From Eledone cirrhosa (Eukaryota): 64,000 nt of DNA. The translations under genes were made by a program, and so were the position numbers. Where the stretch lies: assembly GCA_964016885.1 (NCBI GenBank), contig OZ024743.1, positions 88,536,001-88,600,000 of the forward strand, written 5' to 3'. Below the pieces are notes generated by a model. It was not told the DNA's origin. It made no database searches and saw only the letters and a program-made list of their open reading frames with translations. Positions within the stretch are counted from its first letter, which is position 1, and each line of letters opens with the position of its first letter. Positions 1-12,100 of the stretch are shown one piece after another.

Positions 1-247
1 TCGGTCTATATTTTTAGCTCCATTTTATCCTATGTCTCATGAATATTGCTCAACCATTTCATTACTATATTTCTAAAGAAAGACACTGCTTTTGAAAAAA
101 AAAAAGAAAGAAGAATTTGGTGGGATTTAGTAAATGTAACTATGATATTTGAAACATGACTTAAATGTTCTTATATAAAATTATGATGGAAGATTTTTAG
201 ATATAATCATTTTTCAATCATCAATCACTAAATCAATATCATTATTA

Positions 248-685
248 GGTTGACTTTGCCTTTCATCCTTAAGGGGTCGATAAAATAAAGTACCAGTAAT
301 GAACTGGGTAATTGCTGGCTTTGTGCCTAAAGTAGAAACAATTATTATTCCCAGTTACGTCCCTTTACGGTCTGAGTTCAAATCCCGCCGAGGTTCACTT
401 TGCCTTTCATCCTTACGGGGTCGATAAAATAAAGTACTAGTAATATACTGGGTAATTGCTGGCCTTGTGCCAAAAAAGTAGAAACAATTATTGATGAAAT
501 CATAATTAATTGTTTCTACGTTAGGCACAAGGCCAGCAATTACCCAGTGCATTACTGGTACTTTATTTTATCGACCTCGTAAGGATGAAAGGCAAAATCA
601 ACCTCGGCGGGATTTGAACTCAGATCGTAAAGGGACGTATCTATGCTGGAAAGCATGGCGTCCGACCCTCTACCGATACTGCCAA
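248..685. mobile_element. Cluster of three Nin/Deu-like SINE copies (two +, one -)
   Basis: Same core and tail as 59572-59760. Confidence 0.85.
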
Positions 686-1494
686 ATGACCTATAATTTA
701 AAAAAGTCACTCTAAAATATTAATTTTAGCTCACAAAACACACACACGCATATGCATTCTTATATACATACAAATATACACACACATGCATACAAACACA
801 CACATATGCATGCATATTCTCTCTCTCTCTCTCATACATAATCTTTTGCTTGTTTCAGTCATTAGACTGCAGCCATGCTTGGGCACCACCTTGAAAAGAT
901 TAATCAACCATATCAACCCCAGTACTTATTTTATTTTTTCAAGTTTGGTTCTTATTTTATCAATTGTTTTTTTTTTATCTTACAGGACAGAAACAAACAA
1001 AATGTAGCCATACACACATGCAATCATATATATACAATGGCATTCGATAGTTTCCATCTCTCAGAAGCCATTGGTCAACACTTGGCTATAGTAGAAGACA
1101 TTTGCCCAAGGCACCACTATATATTTTAAAATAACTTAGCCATCCCTGATTATGTTATCTAAAAAGTAACTTATTATTGTAAATAACTCATTAACTAATT
1201 TGATGAAAATGGTTATAAAACTGTTCTAAATTGTTAACATTGCTAGATATACTATAAACCATTTCAAGTTTTTTATTGAAAAGTATCCATTTTCATCTCT
1301 GAAAGCCAGCACATATGCATTTAAAGAGGCATGCATGTATGTTATAAACATACCTCATGCGAGCACACATGCACACGGTTACTCTATTCTTTTCCTTTCT
1401 CTCTCCAGGTGTTATCCTTCTCCATGGTTGGACTGTGGATAACAAATAGATTCTTACATTAACAACTTCAAGTACTTCTAACTAGTACTTAAAG

Positions 1495-1506
1495 ATGTCA
1501 TCTGCT
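1495..1506 (+). CDS. ATRX: ATRX probable first coding exon (MSSA; exon 1409-1506 includes 5' UTR)
   Basis: Strong pyrimidine tract and CAG acceptor at 1408, ATGTCATCTGCT|gtaagt donor, phase 0 fits the next exon. Confidence 0.55.
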
Positions 1507-3087
1507 GTAAGTATCTTTCAGAATTGTTTCTCACACTCTTGCATAGTCTCCAGTGCTTCCTAACATTTTCTTACTAACACCTGTTATCTTGCATTGTCTG
1601 CAGTGCTTCCTAACATTTCCTTACTAACAAGTTATTGACTAATTTCTAGTTTACTAAATTGTGTATTTTAGTCAGTCTTATCTTGTTCAATTGGAATAAT
1701 TGTCTTAATGGTAGAGATAACATGTGCAAGAGAGAGGAAAGAGAAAGCTTTATAGAATGTGAATGTTGGAGTTTAGTTATGGTTATCAGTAAAACCAGTT
1801 ATGTTAGTCACTGAAGGAATCTGTTTTTATATTTATGATACAACATAGTCTGTTAACAATAAACCAGGTATAGTTTATATGAAGCATTGTGAGATATATG
1901 GCTATAATTTTTAGGAAAAGCCATAGCAATGCAAATAATACAAGAGTGAAAACTAGAGTAGAGCTAGAAAACCAAAACGGTTTATATTTTTCATATTTTG
2001 AGGTTAGTATGTACTCCTTTGGTTATTTTTATTTTTATTTATTTATTTATTTTTTCTCTTTTGCTTTTAAAATTACTACTAATAAAACTCAACTTACTTC
2101 TAATCCTTAAAGCTAAATCATATTTTCTGTTCTGAGTTTTAAGAAAGCAGGTTCATAGTGTTGTTTAGTTAAACTTTTCTGCTATGTGACTACACAGATG
2201 ACACTAGAACACAGCTAGTAATAAAACTAATAAGGACTTTTACTATTAAGATAACATTCTAAAAACTTAATCTGTAGTTTAACTAATTTAATCTGGTGAA
2301 TAATGAGGATTTAAAGGGATTAAGATGAGTTTTTTTCTTTAATAGAAATATTTGATGACAGCGCCTTATACCTTTTCAAATTTGTATGTATAAGATATGG
2401 TATAATATATGTGGGCCATGGGCAAATAATCCCAAAGTTTTTGAAGATTCTTTGTTGCTTTTTAAAAAATTACTTTTCTTTGTTTCATTTTATATGGATA
2501 GTGTGAAAACAGGCCCTTATTTTTCATTCAGTACAACTTAATTTGATATTAACAAATTTCTTGTGTCTTTTTACTGTTTAATCCTCAGAAGTATCCATAC
2601 ACACTTAATATAGTAATATTGTGATGGTGGATTGGCAGAATTGGTAGAATGTTGGATAAAATGTCATTGTGGTATTTTTTCCAGTTCTTTACATTCTGAG
2701 TTCAAATCGTGCTGAGGTGAATTTTGCCTTTTCTTCTTCCTGGGTTGATAAAATAAGAACTAGTCAAGTATTGGTGTTGATTTAATCCACTTTGTCCTTC
2801 TTCCAAATCTGCTGACCTACCAGCTTTCTCTAGTGTCATAGCAACCAAACTAATCAATATACATTTGACATTTCTGTAATACTCAGGTGTTGTCTTCATC
2901 TCAGACTTGGGCAACCTTAGAGACTGTAATTAATGTGAAATAACTTCCACTGATTAGTTGTAATTAATTGTTCAATAGGTGTTGTGTAAAATGTAGCACA
3001 AGATTCTCAATCTGAGTATTTTATTGTTGCTGTAATATCAAATAGTTATAAAAATATCTTAAAATATATACTGGTATATATATTGCA

Positions 3088-3121
<34 letters not shown>

Positions 3122-6100
3122 CCACATCACCATTTTACATACATTTAGAATGTACCATATATTTAGAATTGAGGCTTTGTAGGTTCAGTAGATAAATCAT
3201 ACCTTCATTTTCCATACAATGTTTATAGTAACAACAATAGCTGTTTCAAGGCCATATCCCCAACTAAAACAGAAGTTAGTCCCATGGGCACCAACTCTTT
3301 TCATTGACTCTTACAACATTTGGGAATATGGTGTACCTATTCTAAACCAGATACTCGGTACTGTATATTTTGAATTAATGTTTTGTAGGGTCAGTAAATA
3401 CCTCTGTTTTACATGCAACATTTACAATGTACCATGTCCAATAGATAAATAATTGTTTCTACTTGTGGCACAAGGCCAGCAATTATCCAGTACATTACTG
3501 GTATTTATTTTATCGACCCCGTAAAGATGAAAGGCAAAGTTAACCTCGACGGGATTTGAACTCAGACGGTAAAGGGACGTAACTATGCTAGAAAGTTATC
3601 AATGCCAATTCATTGCCCTTTAGATAAATAATGTATTTTCATGGGAAAGGGTGTGACATGAGTATACCTGGTAGTTATTGATAACTTCTTTGAGCTGATG
3701 GTTTTATATTTTACTTTCTCTCATATGGATGTTACTGTTTTAATAATATATATTATTGTAATCTTATTTTAATAAGATTCACCAAAACCTATGTTGACAC
3801 AATTATATGGTTAGTTAAATTATATCTTACTCCATAGTAAATTAAGATTTGCCAACTCTTTGTTTCCTCTTGTCTCTTTTAATAATTTAGCTACCAAACT
3901 GCTTAAAACTGGTCCTGCTTGCATAACGCAAAGCCGTTAATACTAAAGTGTTTATTTTTATCTAAAAATCTCGCACCATAATTTTATATAAACGCTTTTA
4001 AGTTCTGCTCCAAATACCAGCTTAATAATAAGAAAGTTTGTTGTTTTACTAAATCTCTCCAAATTATTGATTATTTTCAAAATGATTTAAAAATTATAGG
4101 CAATTTATTTCATTAGAAGTATGGCAATGAAAGGATTAAAAATATTCTTAAATGGAAAATTTTATTCTTTACTCACCAATTCTCTATAACTTTTCCAAGA
4201 CACAATACTTTGATTCTGTTTTTCTTCAGCAGTTCTGCTTTTTTGCTCTGATATTTCTTGTCCTTGCTAGATCTGTCATTCTACACTGATTCTTTTTAGG
4301 GTGTCTGTCATTTCTACATTAGTTATGGTTTGCACTAATTGGTTCATTGTTTCACTAAGGTAAATTAATAATTAATATATTTTAAAGTTCAGTAAGGTAA
4401 TAGCTAAAATCAATATTTTGGCTTCTCTGGAATCATTTTTGGTCAAACAATCTCTTCTCTTATTACTTAGAATTAGAATTTCTTGAGTATTAATATTTTC
4501 TTTATATTTAATCTTTACTGTCTCCCCTACTAACTATTTTAATAACTGCCCTCTCATACTTTAGTTGTATTTCTACACCCCTTTGGTCTTTTTCACTGTT
4601 TGGAACTTCTAATTCTAATATATTGTTTCCTTTTTTTTACTTTTTTAGAGTACGAGTAAAGATCGGAAAAGCACCTCTAAGAGGTAATTTGATTTCCTCA
4701 TTCTTACTCTCTTCTCTAAATGTCTGATAACGTCCTTCTATTTCCCAGTTCTCACTATTCTTTCCTATCTTCCTTCCTTCCTTCCTTCCTTCCTTCCTTC
4801 ATCATACACTGACCTCTGACTCAAGTATATCTGTTTTATGAAACACTACTTCCAGTTTATTTTTGAAACCTCTAATTATTATTGTGAGAATGTGTAGGTA
4901 AAATATATATCCAAAATAAATTAACAAAATGTTATCAGTAGCCACTTATTTATGACTGAACAAAAATTGTACGTTTTCTCTAGATTATGGCTTCATCATT
5001 TAGACATTAATTTTTTATATAAATTACTTAATTGACATGTATGAGTCATGTTTATGTCCTTGAATATCACAAGCACACACCCTAATCCCAATCCGCAATC
5101 AAGTTTCTCTTTTAGCTATATCAAATCCATTCAGAGTATCTTACTTTTTACATCTTCTTTCACTACCAAAATAGATACAGTTGAAACTTAAGATACCATG
5201 AAAAAGTCATTACCCTCTTACGTCAGTTAATGAGATAAATGCTAATTATATAACCAGTTATTGCATTTTCACAATGTTATTCTTGAATGAAAATATCTCT
5301 ATTGGCCATGAGGGTCGGTTTGAAAGAAAATAATATAATCAGATGAATGTCATTCAGTTTGCCTTCATATAGGAGCCTTTCTCCCTATATTGTAGTTTCC
5401 TAAATCACAATGTTGGAGCCAAGATCTAATGTAGCAGTTCTTAACCTGGAGTTCACAGATCAACAAGCTCAGTTTAATATTTCTAGAGGATGCAGTATAA
5501 AATATACAATTAATTAGTCACAATAAGGCCGATAAAAGATGAACTTTTAAAATTTCAAAACTAGGGAAAAAAATGTTTAGTTAATGAAATGTTTGTTGAA
5601 TAGACAGGCCTTTCAAATAGTTGAGGTCCATGAAAAGATTCTTTTAAATAATTGGGGACCCTGATAATGAAAGGGTAGGGAACCACTGATCCGGTCTCTT
5701 TTAAAATCCTCACATAACACCCAAGTCTTGTAGAGTCAAGAACTGCATGGATTTTCTCTTCTTCAGCCACTTATTCCTGAGAGGGTCAGGGGGGCAGAGT
5801 TCTTAAACACTTCTTCCAGCGAGTCCTATGAGAAGCAACTATTTCCAACTGATCTAGTTGGATCCCCAAGCGAGACCCGCTAAGCTCATGGGTGTTATCC
5901 AACCATCTTGCTCGGAGTTTACCCCTGGGTCTCCTGCCGGTTGGTTTTGCCAATAAAATCTGTCCAGCGATTTTTATTTATTTATTTATTTATTTATTTT
6001 TTTCCTTGAGACATCCTGACCACATGCCCATATTATTGGAATATGGCTGGAACTACATGAATGTGTGATGAAAATATATTGAATAAACAGAATATGAATA

Positions 6101-9100
6101 TAAAATATTCCTTTTTGAAAAAATATATTCTAGTTTAAATAATGTGGTTATGATAAAGTCTGTATACACACTGTCTATATACATACTATTGTCTGTATAC
6201 ACATTGTTATAAAGACTGTTTTGTGTTTACTACACAACAGTTAATGTATACATTACACAATACTGGCCTATTATAGTAAGGATATTTCATTAAAAGTTTT
6301 CTCCAACACAGCATCCCTCCAAAATCCTCACCCATATCCATCATGTGTCTATACCAGCACAATCTTCTCTCTTGCACACTACATTTGGTTGCTCTTATGA
6401 CCAGTTAACTGTCAGTTTTGTGTATGGATGTATTTAGGAAAATTGACAGAGGATAAGACAACGAATGAAAACAAGGTAAAACGAAAAACAATTTTTGAAG
6501 AGAAAATGTTAAATAAAAATACAAATGAAAGACACAAAACTCCAGGGTCATTGGCCATTGAGGTGGACTTTGGCAATACTGTTAGTACACCCGGGGTCAC
6601 AGCATCTGACACAACTCAAATGCTGTCCAGTGAAGTAAGAGACGAAAGACAAAACTATATATATATATCATCATCATCATCATCATCGTTTAACATCCAT
6701 CTTCCACGCTTGCATGGGTTTGGACGGGAGTTTTCCCACTTGAGGCAAGATTGGTTGTCTTGCTCGTATAGGACTGTCTGGCGGGTTTTCTACGGCTGGA
6801 TGCCCTTCCTAACACCAACCACGTTTACAGTGTGGACTGGGAGGTTTTTACCGTGTTACCTACATGGCCACATTACAGCGTGGACTGTGTGTTTTTTTTT
6901 TTTTTTTGGTGACACCTACACGACCTCGTTTATTTCGGACTGGATGTTGTGGTACCAACATAACTTCACATCGAAAGGTGTGGGGTGGGTGGGACGGGGG
7001 TGTATTTTTGTTAGAGGTGCCTACTGACTGTAGGTTTCGCTTTGTACTTAGGCAAGGCGGGTCTTATATATCCCCTTCTTAGCATTTGCTGACCTAGAGA
7101 AATCTTTTGATGGGCTCCTCTGTTCTGTAATCTGGTTGGCATTTAGGAAATTAGAAGAGTGGCTAGTGAGGGCGGTACAAGCCGTGTACAGAGGTGTTGT
7201 CAACAACGTTAAAGTTAATGACTATAGCGAGGAGTTTAGTGTGCAAGCTGGGGTCCACTAAGGTTCCGTCCTTAGCCTTCTCCTGTTTATTATTGTCCTC
7301 CAGGCTATAACAGAAGAGTTTAAAACAGGATGCCGTTGGGAACTCCGCTATGCTGATGATCTAACTCTCGTAGTGAAGTATTTGGGGGATTCTGTGGAAG
7401 CAGTGGAGATGGGTGTACCGAAAGTACAGTAGTCAGTGAGAACGGGATGGAAAAAGTTCAGGGAGCTACTACTGCTGTCAGCCACAAAAGGCTTTTCCTT
7501 CAAAATGAAGGGCAGATTGTATAATACGTGCATGCAAACAGCAATGTAACATGGTAGGGAGACCTGGGCGCTGTGTGTAGAGGATCTGGGAAAATTAGAA
7601 AGAAATTATGCTTGCATACTTCGATGGATGCGTAATAGTAATACAAATAAATGACAAAGCATAAATGAACAGAGAGAAACTGGGCAGAAGAGGGATCAAA
7701 TGCAGTGTGCAGAAGAGGAGATTGCATTGGTATGGACATGTAATGCATATGAAGGATGACAGCTGTATAAAAAGGTACAGAATGTTCAAAGTTGAAGAAA
7801 GCTATGGTGTAGGAAGACTTGGGATGAGGTGATAAAAGCTGACCTTGCACAATTGCACCTCTCAAAGTGATTACACTGGGCCAAGATCTCTGGCATTTTG
7901 CAGTAATACAGAAGACCCGCTTTCCCATGAGTACAGGCTGAAGTATACATCTAGTATGCACCTTTACCTCCCATCTCCTAATACCCCCATCTTTGTCCCT
8001 AGATCTACCTCTCCAATCTCCACCCAAGTCTCCAGGCCACACTGTAAAGTGGTCATGTAGGTGTCACGACAAAAAGTGCCTGGTTCGCACTATAAAGTGG
8101 TCTTTTAGGTGGTAGAACAAAAAGCACCCAGTACACATTGTAAATGTGGTTGTTGCTGTTAGGAAGAACATCCATACACATATGTAAATACTGTTTAAAA
8201 TGTTGGTCTAGAAAAAGTCTGCATGTATAATATATTGTGTTATGAATATTGAAAGTAAGTCTTTTGAAGAATAAGGCAATAAAAAGAGGTTAAGAATTAA
8301 ATGAAGATAGACAAAGAAGCCAACATCATTAACATTTTTGCATCTGCTTTTCCGTTTTCTCGAGCCAGATGCCCTTCCAGGCACTAACCCATAACTTATT
8401 TTGTTATATAAACCTCTTGAATTATCAAAGCTCTGTGAGTGTTTGAAATTTGAAAATGTTAGTGTTCCAAATTTAGACACCTCTATTCACTTTTTTCCGT
8501 CTCTAAGGGTAATTTACCCATTTTTTTCAATTTATAGTGATCAACTATTATTGCAGTTATTTTATAAGGTTTATTTACACCCAGCTCTACCCCCAAACTG
8601 TATAAGTATAGTGTCCTAAAAAGACATGATGTAATGTCCATCGACCCATAGTGTAATGGTACACACACTCACATGTTATTAGAGAGATATGGTGTTTACT
8701 TCCTTGTAGGTGCCTTTGCCCATTTTTTATCTGTTTCTAAGGCTAATTTACTCAATTTTCTCAACTATTATTTATAGTGATTGGCTTTTATTACAATTAT
8801 CTTCTGCATTTGGGATTCTCACATTTTCAGATATGGTTTATATGTTTCACCTTTGTCGCATCTGTTAGCCGCAGGGGGATGTATTATTTATGGGGGACAT
8901 AAACAAATGTCACTGCTTGTTTTATTAAAAGGCACACACACAAACATACACGTCTGGCTTCCTCCTCAGTTTCCATTTACCAAAACATTGGTCAGTCTGA
9001 CACTTGAATTTGAAACCACATGATTGCAAAGCAAACTACGCAATCATCATACATCTTATCTTCTATGTGGTCATGTTATGAGGTTAGATTGTCAGGTGGC

Positions 9101-12100
9101 CACGTCTTGCTCATACATTCGGTTTCTCTATGGCTGGTTGACCTCCCTAACAGTAAACACTTTACAGTGTGTACTGAGAGATATTTTTGTGGCATCAGCA
9201 TTACCAGCTTACGGAGTGGACTGGGTGCTTTTAGTTGTGGCAGCAGCACAACCACCTTACAGAATGGACTGGGTGCTTTTTGTTGTGGCACCAGCACAAC
9301 CACCTTACAGAATGGACTGGGTGCTTTTTGTTGTGGCACCAGCACAACCACCTTACAGAATGGACTGGGTGCTTTTTGTTGTGGCACCAGCAGAACCACC
9401 TTACAGAATGGACTGGGTGCTTTTTGTTGTGGCACCAGCACAACCAGCTTAGTCGACTGGGTGCTTTTTATTATGGCACTAGTACAGCTACTTTATAGGC
9501 TAGATACTGTTTTTTTTTGGGGGGGGGGGGGGGGGGGGGGCTGGCACCAGCACAACCACTTTACAGAGTGAACTGGGTATTTTTTTTATTGTAGCACCAG
9601 AACAGTCACCTTACTAGGTGGACTTGGTGCTTTTTGTTGTGGCACTAGCACAATTATATTTTTAGAAACATTTTAATGATCATTTGTGATAACTTGTTGA
9701 AATTGGTCTTGTGTTGTATTTTTTTTATTGTTTTGAAATTCATATCAAATAAAGTAGAATTGAGAACAATTATCATCAGATAGCCATACATGCACACACA
9801 CATGCATATACGTACAAACATACATAAATATATACATACATGCATACACACATACACATATTTGTGTGTGTAATGTTTGACAATATTTTGTTTTCAGTAA
9901 TTGTGCTTCGGAAAAAACTCCACTAGCTGGTAGAAAGACAGGGACATTATCATCTGCCGAAGAATCTGGAGGAGATTCCAGTACAGAATTAGATGCGGTA
10001 GGGAGTACCAAAGATTCGGAAGCTTCCAGGGAGCCAGAATTGAATCCAAAAGATAGTGATGATGAAAATTGTCATTCATCTGAAGGTAAGCCAATTCATA
10101 CTACACTTTGCTCTCCCTCTGGTAATTGAGGGGGGGGGGGGGGATTTAAATGTGGTTGGCGTTAGGACAGCCATAGAAACCAAGCCCAAATCGGTTCTTA
10201 ATGAGCATCACACGGTCATCTGAATTCGACTTGCCTCAAATAGCGTGGAAAATAGACGTTAAATGGTAATGATGATGATAGCTTGCACCTAAGCTTCATA
10301 TGAGGATTCATCTCATAGGAGTTTTCTTGGTTAAGGGACCCCTGTCTTGCCATGTATTTTGTGGTACCACCACTACCATTTTCCAGAATGTACTAGTTAC
10401 ATTTATTGTGGCACCATTACAACAACTTTACAGAGTGTAATAGCTGTGTATTATACAAAAGTAAATAAAATTACCAATGTAAAAAAAATGCAGTGATTAA
10501 CTTGTTTAACATACTCTCACTTAACAATTCTGCAGCATACATTACAATTTCTTTTATTAAATAGATTTTTTTTTTTTGTTTTTCTGTAGGTACAGATGTC
10601 AAATCTAACACCGTTGACACAGAAATTCTGCAGCATACATTACAATTTCTTTTATTAAATAGATTTTGTTTTTTGTTTTTCTGTAGGTACAGATGTCAAA
10701 TCTAACACCGTTGACACAGAAATTCTGCAGCATACATTACAATTTCTTTTATTAAATAGATTTTTTTTTTTTGTTTTTCTGTAGGTACAGATGTCAAATC
10801 TAACACCGTTGACACAGAAATTCCTGCTAAGCGCCGATCCTGTACGAAATCACTTTGTAAGTTGTGTTATTGCTTTCATCATCATCATCACCGTTTTACG
10901 CCTATTCTTCCACACTAGCATGGGTTAGACTGGTTGTCCTGTTGTGGGCAGTAGCCGGTTGGCTGACCATGTCTTGCTCATATGGGAACTGATTCTGGCT
11001 TGATTTCTACAGCTGGATGCCCTTCCTAACGCCAACTTCATTTACAGTGAGTGCTGGGTACTTTTTTCCGTGGTGCCTACACGTCCACTTTACTGTGTAG
11101 GCTGGGTGCTTTTTTGCCGTGGCACCTCCATGACCACTTTGCAGTGGGAGGGGGTGGGGGCTTATTGTCTATATGCTTCAGCTTGTACCCATGGGAGGTC
11201 GGGTACTCTGTATTACTGCGTGATGCCAGAGGTCACGGTCGTGTGTCATCGCCTTTGAGAGGTGTAATTGGGTAAGGTCGGCTTTTATCACCTCATCCCA
11301 GGTCATCTTGGGTCTCCCCACTCTGCGGTTTCCATCGACTTCTAGTGCTCTGCATCTTTTTATGCAGCTGTCATCCTTCATACACATCACATGTCCATAC
11401 CAACGCAACCTCCTCTCCTGCACACAGCATTTCATTCCTCTTATGCTCAGTCTCTCTCTCAATTCGTTTATGCTTTCCCGTTGGCGTATATTACTATTAC
11501 ACATCCATCGGAGTATGCCGGCTTCGTTTATATCTAATCTACGCAAGTCTTCTACAGACAGCGCCCAGGTCTCACTACCATGTAACATTGCTGTTCGAAT
11601 ACATGCATCATACTTTCACAATTTAAATTTACTATATGGTGAACATGGGGATTTATTCTCAACTGCTTATTCTCTCTCTCTGTATATGGAAAACTGGAAG
11701 TTGAATGATCACACACACACACATGCACATCAAATTTATGTAAACACATTATACAGTCACATTTATATACGTACATACAAAGATATGCATACAAATACAT
11801 ATATACATATGGAGGCACATGGCTTAGTGGTTAGAGCATTATCCTTGCAATTGAAAGGTTGTGAGTTCAATTCTCAGACCGGGAGATGTTGTTTCCTTGA
11901 GCAAGATACTTTATTTCACATTGCTCCAGTTTACTCAGCTGTAGAAATGAGATGGTAGGGACTGGGGTCCCTATCATTCCACTGTGGTTGTGGAGGTGCC
12001 ACGGCAAAAGAACACCCAGCACTCACTGTAAATGAGGTTGGTGTTAGGAAGGGCATTCAGCTGTAGAAATCAAGCCAGAATCAGTTCCCGTCTCACCCTT

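Noticed and set aside
6438-6634. Exon-like open frame ([12 protein letters not shown]...LSSE) with tag acceptor and gtaaga donor
   Set aside because: Phase 1 in and phase 0 out does not fit the flanking phase-2 junction. It could be an alternative exon, but I cannot support it without transcripts.
9020-9571. Overlapping repetitive ORFs on both strands
   Set aside because: Products of the 48-bp tandem repeat
11811-11885. tRNA-like sequences with A and B boxes (also near 59690-59760 and 61790-61850)
   Set aside because: They continue into SINE cores and tails and lack a full cloverleaf; SINE heads rather than tRNA genes
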